Origin: Prochlorococcus sp. MIT 0801
GTDB taxonomy: Bacteria; Cyanobacteriota; Cyanobacteriia; PCC-6307; Cyanobiaceae
DNA: 32,000 nucleotides
Assembly (NCBI RefSeq): GCF_000757865.1
Contig: NZ_CP007754.1
Span: forward strand, 330,001-362,000
Direction: 5' to 3'
Below the pieces are notes generated by a model. That model had not been told where the DNA came from. It did no database searches and saw only the letters and a list, made by a program, of their open reading frames with translations. Within the stretch, counting starts at the first letter, position 1. The number at the start of each line of letters is the position of its first letter. Positions 10,647 to 17,841 of this stretch are shown piece after piece. A program made the translations under genes and the position numbers.

Positions 10647-11432
10647 TTATGAGTCCTCAGGTTGCATTGGTCCTTGAAGATTGCCTGTGCGAAATTGTTT
10701 CACATAGGCATTTTCACTTTGTTTAAATTGATCTATAGATCCATCCCATTGAAACTTGCCACCGTAAAGCAAAATAACTCTATTAGCCGTTCTTTCAATT
10801 GTACTTGAAACGTGACTAACTACAATTGAACATCCTTCCGCAGCCTCAGTCGTTTTAATAATTAGATCTTCAATACGAGTACAAGCTATTGGATCTAACC
10901 CAGCAGTTGGTTCGTCATATAAAAGAAGCGGAATAGAGCCTTTTCCTTTCTTGGAGTCACTGATTAATGCTCGAGCAAAACTTACTCTTTTTTGCATTCC
11001 TCCACTCAGTTGATTTGGAAATTTGTCCGCAACATCAAATAAGCCTACTTTCTGTAAGCAATTTATGACTTTTTTATTGATAATTTCCTCTGGTAAAACT
11101 TTCTGTTTTTCAAGCAAAAAGCCTACATTTTCCCTAACAGTTAATGATGCTAATAATGCTGGATTTTGAAAAACTAATCTCACATCAGGAGGACTATTTT
11201 GATCAAGCCTTAAATAATTTTGATCAATACCTGATATTTTAAGGCTTCCTTCAGAAGGTAAGAGCAAACCAGCTAGTAAGCGAAGTATTGTTGACTTGCC
11301 CGAGCCTGATGGACCAACAATTGCCAATCTCTCTCCAGCCATCATGGCTAGATTGACTGAATCGAGGACTTTGTTTGACCCCAGTACAACACTGAGATCT
11401 TTCATCAACATTACTTGAGTGTTTTTTGGCAC
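10647..11432 (-). CDS. ABC transporter ATP-binding protein (MlaF/TGD3-like)
   Basis: 261 aa. Walker A GPSGSGKST, signature LSGGMQKRVSFARAL, Walker B LLLYDEPTAGLDP. Confidence 0.88.
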   Translation of the reverse strand: MPKNTQVMLMKDLSVVLGSNKVLDSVNLAMMAGERLAIVGPSGSGKSTILRLLAGLLLPSEGSLKISGIDQNYLRLDQNSPPDVRLVFQNPALLASLTVRENVGFLLEKQKVLPEEIINKKVINCLQKVGLFDVADKFPNQLSGGMQKRVSFARALISDSKKGKGSIPLLLYDEPTAGLDPIACTRIEDLIIKTTEAAEGCSIVVSHVSSTIERTANRVILLYGGKFQWDGSIDQFKQSENAYVKQFRTGNLQGPMQPEDS

Positions 11433-11559
11433 ACTCTCCCCTAATGTTTGTTTACCTGTCTCATTTTGTATGAGATCTGTGAAATGGGAAGTTTAATTAG
11501 AGTTTATATGAATTAATTATTTAGTTCTCTTTTTTGAAATTTCCTCAAACTCGAATCCA

Positions 11560-12957
11560 TTGAACAAAAGAAGAAAAAGAAAATTAAGAAGAGCCACCTT
11601 GCGTAAAAGCCTTCTCGCTAGCTTGTCTTTTCATCTTTACTCTCGCTTCAAAAGAGCTATTAGATGGCTTTTGCCTGGATTAGTAGTCAAAAGGTGGATG
11701 ATGACATCTGGATTGGGCTTGTTAATTGCTTTGATTGGAGCCTCTATTTGGGCTGACTTGCGTCCAATTTATTGGGTAGTTGAAATACTTTTTTGGTTTT
11801 TAGGATTTATAACTACTTTTTTACCCAGAACCATTTCTGGACCTATAGTCTTTTTTATAGGGATATCTCTTTTAATTTGGGGGCAAGGGAGAAGTTTTGA
11901 ATCTATTAGGCAGGCGTTAGGTTCAAAAAAAGATACTTTTTTGGTTGATGCTTTAAGAGCTAAGCAAAAATTAAATAGAGGTCCAAATATTGTTGCTATT
12001 GGAGGAGGAACAGGTTTATCTTCATTATTAAAAGGCTTAAAAAGATATAGCAGCCGAATCACGGCAATAGTGACTGTTGCTGATGATGGAGGAAGTAGTG
12101 GAGTTCTCAGGAGAGAACTGGGTGTTCAGCCTCCAGGAGACATAAGGAATTGTTTAGCAGCTTTAGCAACAGAAGAACCTCTTATTAAAGGACTTTTTCA
12201 ATATCGCTTTCCCTCAGGTAGTGGACTTGAGGGACATAGTTTTGGGAATCTTTTCCTATCTGCCTTGACTGAGATAACTGGAAGCTTAGAGACCGCAATT
12301 ACTGCTTCAAGTCGTGTTCTTGCAGTTCAGGGTCAAGTTGTACCAGCAACTAATGTAGATGTTCGTTTGTGGGCGGAACTCGAAAATGGTGACCGAATAG
12401 ATGGAGAGTCAGCCATAGGAAAAGCCCCCTTGCCAATAATCAGAATAGGCTGTTACCCATCGCGACCCCCAGCTTTGCCAAGAGCTCTAGAAGCTATAAG
12501 AAATGCTGAAATTATTTTGATAGGTCCAGGAAGTTTATATACTTCAATTCTCCCAAACCTGCTAGTCCCTGAAATAGTCGAGGCGATTGAGAAGAGCAAA
12601 GCTCCTAAGCTATATGTATGTAATTTGATGACTCAACCTGGAGAAACTGATGGACTTGACGTAACTGGTCATGTAAGAGCCATAGAAGCGCAATTGGCAT
12701 CAAGAGGAATTTCTAGGAAAATATTTAGTTCAATTCTTGCTCAAGATGAATTAAAACCATCCCCATTGGTTGATTACTACAAATCAAAAGGGGCTGAACC
12801 AGTCAAATGCAACAAGATTGATCTTTTATCTAGAGGATATAATGTTTATTTAGCTTCTCTTCAGGGTTCAAAGGTCACTCCAACTTTGAGGCACGACCCA
12901 AGAAGTCTCGCTTTAGCAATAATGAGGTTTTACAGAAGATACAAAAAAGGTAAATAA
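11560..12957 (+). CDS. YvcK/CofD-family (UPF0052, gluconeogenesis-factor-like) protein with an N-terminal membrane extension
   Basis: 465 aa. VAIGGGTGLSSLLKGLK, ITAIVTVADDGGSSGVLRRELGVQPPGDIRNCL and GPGSLYTSILPNLLV are YvcK/CofD motifs. The ORF opens with TTG at 11560, so the true start is uncertain. The next in-frame ATGs are the MM pair about 45 codons downstream. Confidence 0.8.
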   Translation: MNKRRKRKLRRATLRKSLLASLSFHLYSRFKRAIRWLLPGLVVKRWMMTSGLGLLIALIGASIWADLRPIYWVVEILFWFLGFITTFLPRTISGPIVFFIGISLLIWGQGRSFESIRQALGSKKDTFLVDALRAKQKLNRGPNIVAIGGGTGLSSLLKGLKRYSSRITAIVTVADDGGSSGVLRRELGVQPPGDIRNCLAALATEEPLIKGLFQYRFPSGSGLEGHSFGNLFLSALTEITGSLETAITASSRVLAVQGQVVPATNVDVRLWAELENGDRIDGESAIGKAPLPIIRIGCYPSRPPALPRALEAIRNAEIILIGPGSLYTSILPNLLVPEIVEAIEKSKAPKLYVCNLMTQPGETDGLDVTGHVRAIEAQLASRGISRKIFSSILAQDELKPSPLVDYYKSKGAEPVKCNKIDLLSRGYNVYLASLQGSKVTPTLRHDPRSLALAIMRFYRRYKKGK

Positions 12958-12958
12958 A

Positions 12959-13480
12959 TTAGTAAGCATCTTGCATTTCATAAAAATCAGGCTGAACATA
13001 GTCTTTTCTGAGAGGCCATCCTTTCCAGTCTTCAGGCATTAAAAGTCTTTTAGGATGAGGGTGACCCTTGAAGTTAACACCGTACATATCGAATGTTTCT
13101 CTTTCTTGCCAATCTGCTCCTCTGAAAAGACTGTATAAACTAGGTACAGTTAGGTCACCATTACGATCTAGGAATACTTTTAATCTGACTTCGCGAGGAG
13201 AAATACCTTCTTGAAATTCACTCATTTCCATTAAATTATAAAAACAAACTATATTTAAACCAGGTCCTTCATCGTATCCACCTTGGCATTGCAGATAATT
13301 AAATCCATCATTCTTTAATGCCTCAACTATTGATAAAAGATTGATTGGCAAGATTTTTATAACTTCAACTCCTAAGTGATCTTCTTTGAGAGGAACATTT
13401 TCAAATCCATTCTTAGAGAGCCAATCGCTTATTGGACATGAGATTTTTTCTTCAACTACAATTTCCGATTCGTTTGTCAT
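12959..13480 (-). CDS. ndhJ: NAD(P)H-quinone oxidoreductase (NDH-1) subunit J
   Basis: 173 aa. [29 protein letters not shown] is the NuoC/NdhJ signature. Last gene of the ndhC-K-J run. Confidence 0.93.
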   Translation of the reverse strand: MTNESEIVVEEKISCPISDWLSKNGFENVPLKEDHLGVEVIKILPINLLSIVEALKNDGFNYLQCQGGYDEGPGLNIVCFYNLMEMSEFQEGISPREVRLKVFLDRNGDLTVPSLYSLFRGADWQERETFDMYGVNFKGHPHPKRLLMPEDWKGWPLRKDYVQPDFYEMQDAY

Positions 13481-13495
13481 TTTTTTATGAGAGGT

Positions 13496-14245
13496 TTAAT
13501 TACTTGAAAGTTCTTCAGATATTTTCTGAACCTCTTTTAAAGATTGATCAAACTCTTCAGAAAGAGAAGGATTAAGAGCAATTAATTGAGTTTTTGCCTT
13601 TAGATATTGTCCATTTACTTTTGCTGCTACTCGCTTCATTTTATGAGGGATAGTTAGATAACGATGAGTTTGGGTGATCTTTGATCTCTCTGATATTGAT
13701 TCGTTCGCAACTTTTTTTCTTAATTTAATGACAGCATCAAATATTGCTTCAGGTCTTGGAGGACATCCAGGAAGGTAAAGGTCAACAGGTATTAATTTAT
13801 CAACACCTCTAACTGCCGTGGTTGAGTCTGCGCTGAACATTCCACCCGTAATAGTGCAAGCTCCCATTGCAATAACGTATTTGGGATCTGGCATTTGCTC
13901 ATAAAGCCTGACAAGAGCGGGTGCCATTTTCATTGTGACTGTGCCTGCCACTATTAGTAGATCTGCCTGCCTAGGAGAACTTCTTGGTACTAATCCAAAT
14001 CTGTCAAAATCAAATCTAGATCCAATTAGAGCTGCAAATTCGATAAAACAGCAGGCAGTTCCATAAAGAAGAGGCCATAAACTACTTAATCGTGCCCAAT
14101 TGTGAAGATCTTCAAGGCTGGTGAGGATTATGTTTTCACTTAAATCATTTGTTACTGTCGGAGTACCAATTGGGCCACAGGAAGCTTCTCTAAGATTTCT
14201 TACAGCTTCAGAAGAGGGAGGTTTTTTCAAGGGATTTAACTCCAT
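13496..14245 (-). CDS. ndhK: NAD(P)H-quinone oxidoreductase (NDH-1) subunit K
   Basis: 249 aa. [33 protein letters not shown] and LPGCPPRPE are the Fe-S ligand motifs of NuoB/NdhK. Overlaps ndhC by 10 nt. Confidence 0.93.
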   Translation of the reverse strand: MELNPLKKPPSSEAVRNLREASCGPIGTPTVTNDLSENIILTSLEDLHNWARLSSLWPLLYGTACCFIEFAALIGSRFDFDRFGLVPRSSPRQADLLIVAGTVTMKMAPALVRLYEQMPDPKYVIAMGACTITGGMFSADSTTAVRGVDKLIPVDLYLPGCPPRPEAIFDAVIKLRKKVANESISERSKITQTHRYLTIPHKMKRVAAKVNGQYLKAKTQLIALNPSLSEEFDQSLKEVQKISEELSSN

Positions 14246-14598
14246 TCAAGGGCACCTTTTCTCCATGCATATGCTAATGCCACAACCAATATTGTGATAA
14301 AAACAAGTGCTTCTATGAATGCTAATAACCCAAGTTTGTGAAATGCAACTGCCCATGGGTAAAGGAACACAGTCTCAACGTCAAATATAACGAAAACAAG
14401 AGCGAACATGTAGTAACGAATATTAAATTGAATCCATGCCCCACCAATGGGCTCCATACCAGATTCATATGTAAGCTGTCTTTCTCCTGCCTTACTTTTA
14501 GGAGCTATTAACTTATTTGTTGTTAGAGCAAGAATTGGAACTGCTCCAGAAATAAGAAGAAATCCTAAAAAATACTCATAACCCTGAAGGGAAAACAT
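14236..14598 (-). CDS. ndhC: NAD(P)H-quinone oxidoreductase (NDH-1) subunit 3
   Basis: 120 aa, three transmembrane segments. YESGMEP and [12 protein letters not shown] are conserved NuoA/NdhC motifs. Confidence 0.93.
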   Translation of the reverse strand: MFSLQGYEYFLGFLLISGAVPILALTTNKLIAPKSKAGERQLTYESGMEPIGGAWIQFNIRYYMFALVFVIFDVETVFLYPWAVAFHKLGLLAFIEALVFITILVVALAYAWRKGALEWS

Positions 14599-14658
14599 GA
14601 ATGAATTACTGATTTCAATATCAGTCTGACAGTCATTTTCTAGATTAGTGACATAGAG

Positions 14659-15108
14659 TTGTTATATGTGAAAGTGAAAACTGTGAGTGAAGGCACAAAA
14701 AAAGAATCAAATCCTTTGGAAAATTTGAATCCTAATGAACAACAAAATCAAGTTATTTCATTTGAACCAAAAAACTCAACCAAGGAATTTGATCCAAAAG
14801 CCAATCGCTTCGAATGTATGAGCTGTGGTTTTATTTTTGATCCTGATGAGGGTATAAAAAAGCTAAATATTGAACCAGGGACGCCATTCCTAGACATAGA
14901 TAGAGACAAGTTTAGATGTCCTGTCTGTCGAGTAGGATTTGGTGGATACAAGGATATTGGCCCTAAATCAAAGCCGAGTGGATTTGAAGAAAACCTTACT
15001 TATGGCTTTGGATTTAATAAACTTCCTTCAGGCCAGAAAAACGTTCTTATTTTTGGAAGCTTGGCTTTAGCCGCTGCCTGTTTTCTCTCTCTTTATTCTT
15101 TGAAATGA
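14659..15108 (+). CDS. rubA: Membrane-anchored rubredoxin (photosystem II assembly-associated)
   Basis: Rubredoxin CxxC...CxxC core ([12 protein letters not shown]...FRCPVCRV) plus a C-terminal transmembrane helix ([20 protein letters not shown]). Sits immediately upstream of ycf48 and psbE, as in other cyanobacteria. The start is uncertain: the ORF opens with TTG at 14659 and has in-frame GTGs at 14668, 14674 and 14683. Confidence 0.85.
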   Translation: MLYVKVKTVSEGTKKESNPLENLNPNEQQNQVISFEPKNSTKEFDPKANRFECMSCGFIFDPDEGIKKLNIEPGTPFLDIDRDKFRCPVCRVGFGGYKDIGPKSKPSGFEENLTYGFGFNKLPSGQKNVLIFGSLALAAACFLSLYSLK

Positions 15109-16121
15109 AACGTCTGTTTTCAAATGTCATTAATTTGACCCTTGTCTTAGTAGTTGGAGTAGCTCTTAGTGGTTGTACTGTTAGTAATGCTTCAATAGGC
15201 TCATCAAGCCCTTGGTCACCAGTTGACCTAGATACTGAGGCAAATCCATTAGATGTTGACTTTGTAGATGACAAAAATGGGTTCTTAGTCGGAACAAACA
15301 GATTGATTCTGGAGACAAATGATGGAGGAATAACTTGGAAAGAAAGAAATTTAGATATCCCAAGCGAAGGTAATTTTCGTTTAATAAGCGTTGATTTCAA
15401 AGGCCAAGAAGGTTGGATTGCAGGTCAACCAGGATTGATTCTTCATACCACTGATGGAGGAAAAAATTGGACTCGTCTTGATTTGGGAAATAAGTTGCCC
15501 GGAGATCCGTATTTGATAACAACAATTGATACTGATTCTGCCGAGTTAGCAACTACTGCTGGAGCAATTTATAAAACTACTGATGGTGGTACCAATTGGG
15601 AAGCAATTGTTCTTGATACTTCTGGCTCTGGAGGCATAAGAGAATTAAGACGTACAAATAACGGTGGATATATAAGTGTTAGTAGCCTTGGTAACTTTTT
15701 CTCAGTCTTAAGACCGGGAGAAGAGGTATGGAGCCCTCATCAAAGAGCAAGTAGTAAGAGAGTTCAAAGTGTTGGTGAACAGCCAAATGGTGATTTATGG
15801 ATGCTTTCTAGAGGAGCTGAAATCAGATTTAACGCAGATCCTGAAGATATCGATTCATGGTCAAAGCCCATAATCCCAATCGTCAATGGGTATAACTATC
15901 AAGATCTTGTTTGGGATCCATCTAAGTCGATTTGGGCGGCTGGAGGAAATGGAACTTTATTAGTCAGCAATGATGATGGAAAAACTTGGGAAAAAGACCC
16001 TGTTGGTGAATCTGTTCCAACAAATTTCATAAGAATTCAATTTCTGGACGATTTAAATAGTGACAGTCCTAAGGGATTTGTATTCGGAGAAAGGGGCAAT
16101 TTACTGCGGTGGCAGGGTTGA
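15105..16121 (+). CDS. ycf48: Photosystem II stability/assembly factor Ycf48 (HCF136 homologue)
   Basis: 338 aa. Lipoprotein signal with lipobox LSGC, and repeated beta-propeller T(T/N)DGGxxW blades (TNDGGITW, TTDGGKNW, TTDGGTNW, NDDGKTW). Its ATG overlaps the rubA TGA (ATGA at 15105-15108). Confidence 0.92.
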   Translation: MKRLFSNVINLTLVLVVGVALSGCTVSNASIGSSSPWSPVDLDTEANPLDVDFVDDKNGFLVGTNRLILETNDGGITWKERNLDIPSEGNFRLISVDFKGQEGWIAGQPGLILHTTDGGKNWTRLDLGNKLPGDPYLITTIDTDSAELATTAGAIYKTTDGGTNWEAIVLDTSGSGGIRELRRTNNGGYISVSSLGNFFSVLRPGEEVWSPHQRASSKRVQSVGEQPNGDLWMLSRGAEIRFNADPEDIDSWSKPIIPIVNGYNYQDLVWDPSKSIWAAGGNGTLLVSNDDGKTWEKDPVGESVPTNFIRIQFLDDLNSDSPKGFVFGERGNLLRWQG

Positions 16122-16228
16122 TATCATAAATTTTTGATGATTTCCATGACTCTGTGTAACCACCTTGCAACAGAGATCGTTTCTTATGGTTTCGCTTGAT
16201 AAGATCACTGAGCTGATTAAGTGAGGCT

Positions 16229-16477
16229 ATGGCTGCCGGCTCTACCGGGGAACGCCCGTTTTTTGAGATCATTACTAGTGTCCGCTATTGGATTATCCAT
16301 GCGGTAGCACTTCCTGCGATCTTCGTGGCAGGATTCCTATTTGTGTCTTCTGGGCTTGCCTACGACGCTTTTGGAACTCCTAGACCAGATACGTATTTTC
16401 AGGCTGGAGAAAGCAAAGCTCCTGTTGTTGTTCAGCGCTTTGATTCCAAGGCTGAACTTGACACTCGTCTGAAATAA
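16229..16477 (+). CDS. psbE: Cytochrome b559 alpha subunit
   Basis: 82 aa, full length. [47 protein letters not shown] includes the heme-ligand His in RYWIIH. Confidence 0.96.
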
Positions 16478-16506
16478 CCAAATTTCAACTGATTGCTTTT
16501 TTATCC

Positions 16507-16626
16507 ATGCAAGTCAATCCAAATCCAAATAAAGTTCCGGTTGAGTTAAACCGGACAAGTCTTTATCTTGGACTCTTACTTGTTTTCGTAATGGGAATTC
16601 TTTTTTCCAGTTACTTCTTTAACTAA
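16507..16626 (+). CDS. psbL: Photosystem II protein L
   Basis: Hand-translated 39-aa ORF, below the track cutoff: [39 protein letters not shown]. It matches the PsbL consensus ([18 protein letters not shown]...[10 protein letters not shown]). Confidence 0.93.
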
Positions 16627-16637
16627 ATCTCTTTATC

Positions 16638-16835
16638 ATGAGTAAATTAAAAGGTCCTGATGGACGAGTAGGAGATCGTCTGCCAGATGGTAGACCTGCA
16701 GTCTCCTGGCAAAGACGGTGGACAGAAGGAGCACTTCCTTTATGGTTAGTAGCGACTGCTGGTGGAACAGCTGTAATTTTTGTTCTGGGTATTTTCTTTT
16801 ATGGTTCATACACTGGTATTGGTAACGCTGGTTAG
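16638..16835 (+). CDS. psbJ: Photosystem II protein J, with an N-terminal extension
   Basis: 65 aa. The C-terminal half, [29 protein letters not shown], is the PsbJ transmembrane core. Positioned directly after psbL. Confidence 0.9.
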   Translation: MSKLKGPDGRVGDRLPDGRPAVSWQRRWTEGALPLWLVATAGGTAVIFVLGIFFYGSYTGIGNAG

Positions 16836-16868
16836 TCTTAACTAGATAAATACTATTGAATTGAAATT

Positions 16869-16911
16869 AAAAAAAACCAACCGTCACTTAATGTGTCGGT
16901 TGGTTTTTTTT
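16869..16911. terminator. Bidirectional intrinsic terminator between convergent psbJ and mtnP
   Basis: A-run (16869-16876), stem CCAACCGTCAC (16877-16887), loop TTAAT (16888-16892), stem GTGTCGGTTGG (16893-16903; 11 bp with 1 mismatch), then a T-run (16904-16911). The flanking A-run and T-run allow termination in both directions. Confidence 0.75.
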
Positions 16912-17841
16912 AAGCCAATATTTATCTGTAAATAATTTGATCTTGCTTTTAGTTTTGTCTGGTACATGCTCTTTTGGAGTGACTAAGGCATCTTTTAATG
17001 CATTGTGAAAAGAGCTTGGCGGCCTTAATAATGAGACCCTTTTAGCAACAGCAGAAATTATTGATTTAGCAAAATTTGCATTTTCCTGAAGATTTTCAAT
17101 AACCATTTCTACAGATACATTTTCGCAATTTTGATTCCAGCAATCATAATCAGTAACCATTGAGAGGCTGGAATAGGCGATTTCAGCTTCTTTTGCCAAT
17201 CTAGCTTCAGTATGATTTGTCATCCCTATTATTGAGCATCCCCAATCTCTATATAAGTTTGATTCTGCTCTTGTTGAAAAGGCTGGTCCTTCCATAGCAA
17301 GGTATGTTCCTCCAATATGCAGTTTTTTGTCTTTTGTTAACAGTTTTTCTATCTCTTTCGAAAGTATTTGAGAAAGAATGTCGCAAAATGGATTTGCCAT
17401 GCTTATGTGCGCTACAACTCCATTGTTGAAAAAAGTCAATGGCCTTTGATGAGTGCGATCAATAAATTGATCAGGAATAACAATGTCGCAAGGTTTGATA
17501 TTTTCTTTTAATGATCCCACCGCTGATGCGGATATCAACCATCTAACATTTAGAGAGCGCATAGCCCAGATATTTGCTTTGTATGGAATTTCACTTGGAT
17601 TTAAAGTATGTTTCTCTCCGTGGCGAGCAAGAAAAACAATCTCAATTCCAAATAGATTGCCTATTAGTAACTTATTAGATGGTTTCCCATAGGGAGTGTC
17701 TAAGCTTAACTCGACTATGTCTTTAAGATTTTCTATCCTATATAGTCCGCTTCCGCCAATAATTCCTAATCTTGCTTGTTTGAAATCGTAGGCATCTGAT
17801 TGTGTTCCAGAAATATTCAAAAAATCATGTTCAGTGATCAT
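16888..17841 (-). CDS. mtnP: S-methyl-5'-thioadenosine phosphorylase (purine nucleoside phosphorylase family 2)
   Basis: 317 aa. LGIIGGSGLY, FLARHG..H and SASAVGSL are MTAP/PNP motifs. The N-terminal ~25 aa extension and exact start are uncertain. Confidence 0.85.
   Translation of the reverse strand: MITEHDFLNISGTQSDAYDFKQARLGIIGGSGLYRIENLKDIVELSLDTPYGKPSNKLLIGNLFGIEIVFLARHGEKHTLNPSEIPYKANIWAMRSLNVRWLISASAVGSLKENIKPCDIVIPDQFIDRTHQRPLTFFNNGVVAHISMANPFCDILSQILSKEIEKLLTKDKKLHIGGTYLAMEGPAFSTRAESNLYRDWGCSIIGMTNHTEARLAKEAEIAYSSLSMVTDYDCWNQNCENVSVEMVIENLQENANFAKSIISAVAKRVSLLRPPSSFHNALKDALVTPKEHVPDKTKSKIKLFTDKYWLKKNQPTH

Noticed and set aside
14236-14245. 10-nt overlap between ndhC and ndhK, and near-zero gaps between convergent gene pairs: 1 nt at 4897 (DegT/phr), 1 nt at 12958 (yvcK-like/ndhJ) and 10 nt at 9787-9796 (chlD/MCE).
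   Set aside because: These are ordinary consequences of genome compaction in Prochlorococcus and do not by themselves indicate anything unusual.
16478-16626. Temptation to annotate psbF here because psbE-psbF-psbL-psbJ is the canonical operon.
   Set aside because: Hand translation shows that the only small ORF in the interval is PsbL (39 aa). The 29-nt gap after psbE cannot encode PsbF. I reported the absence as a finding instead of inventing a feature.
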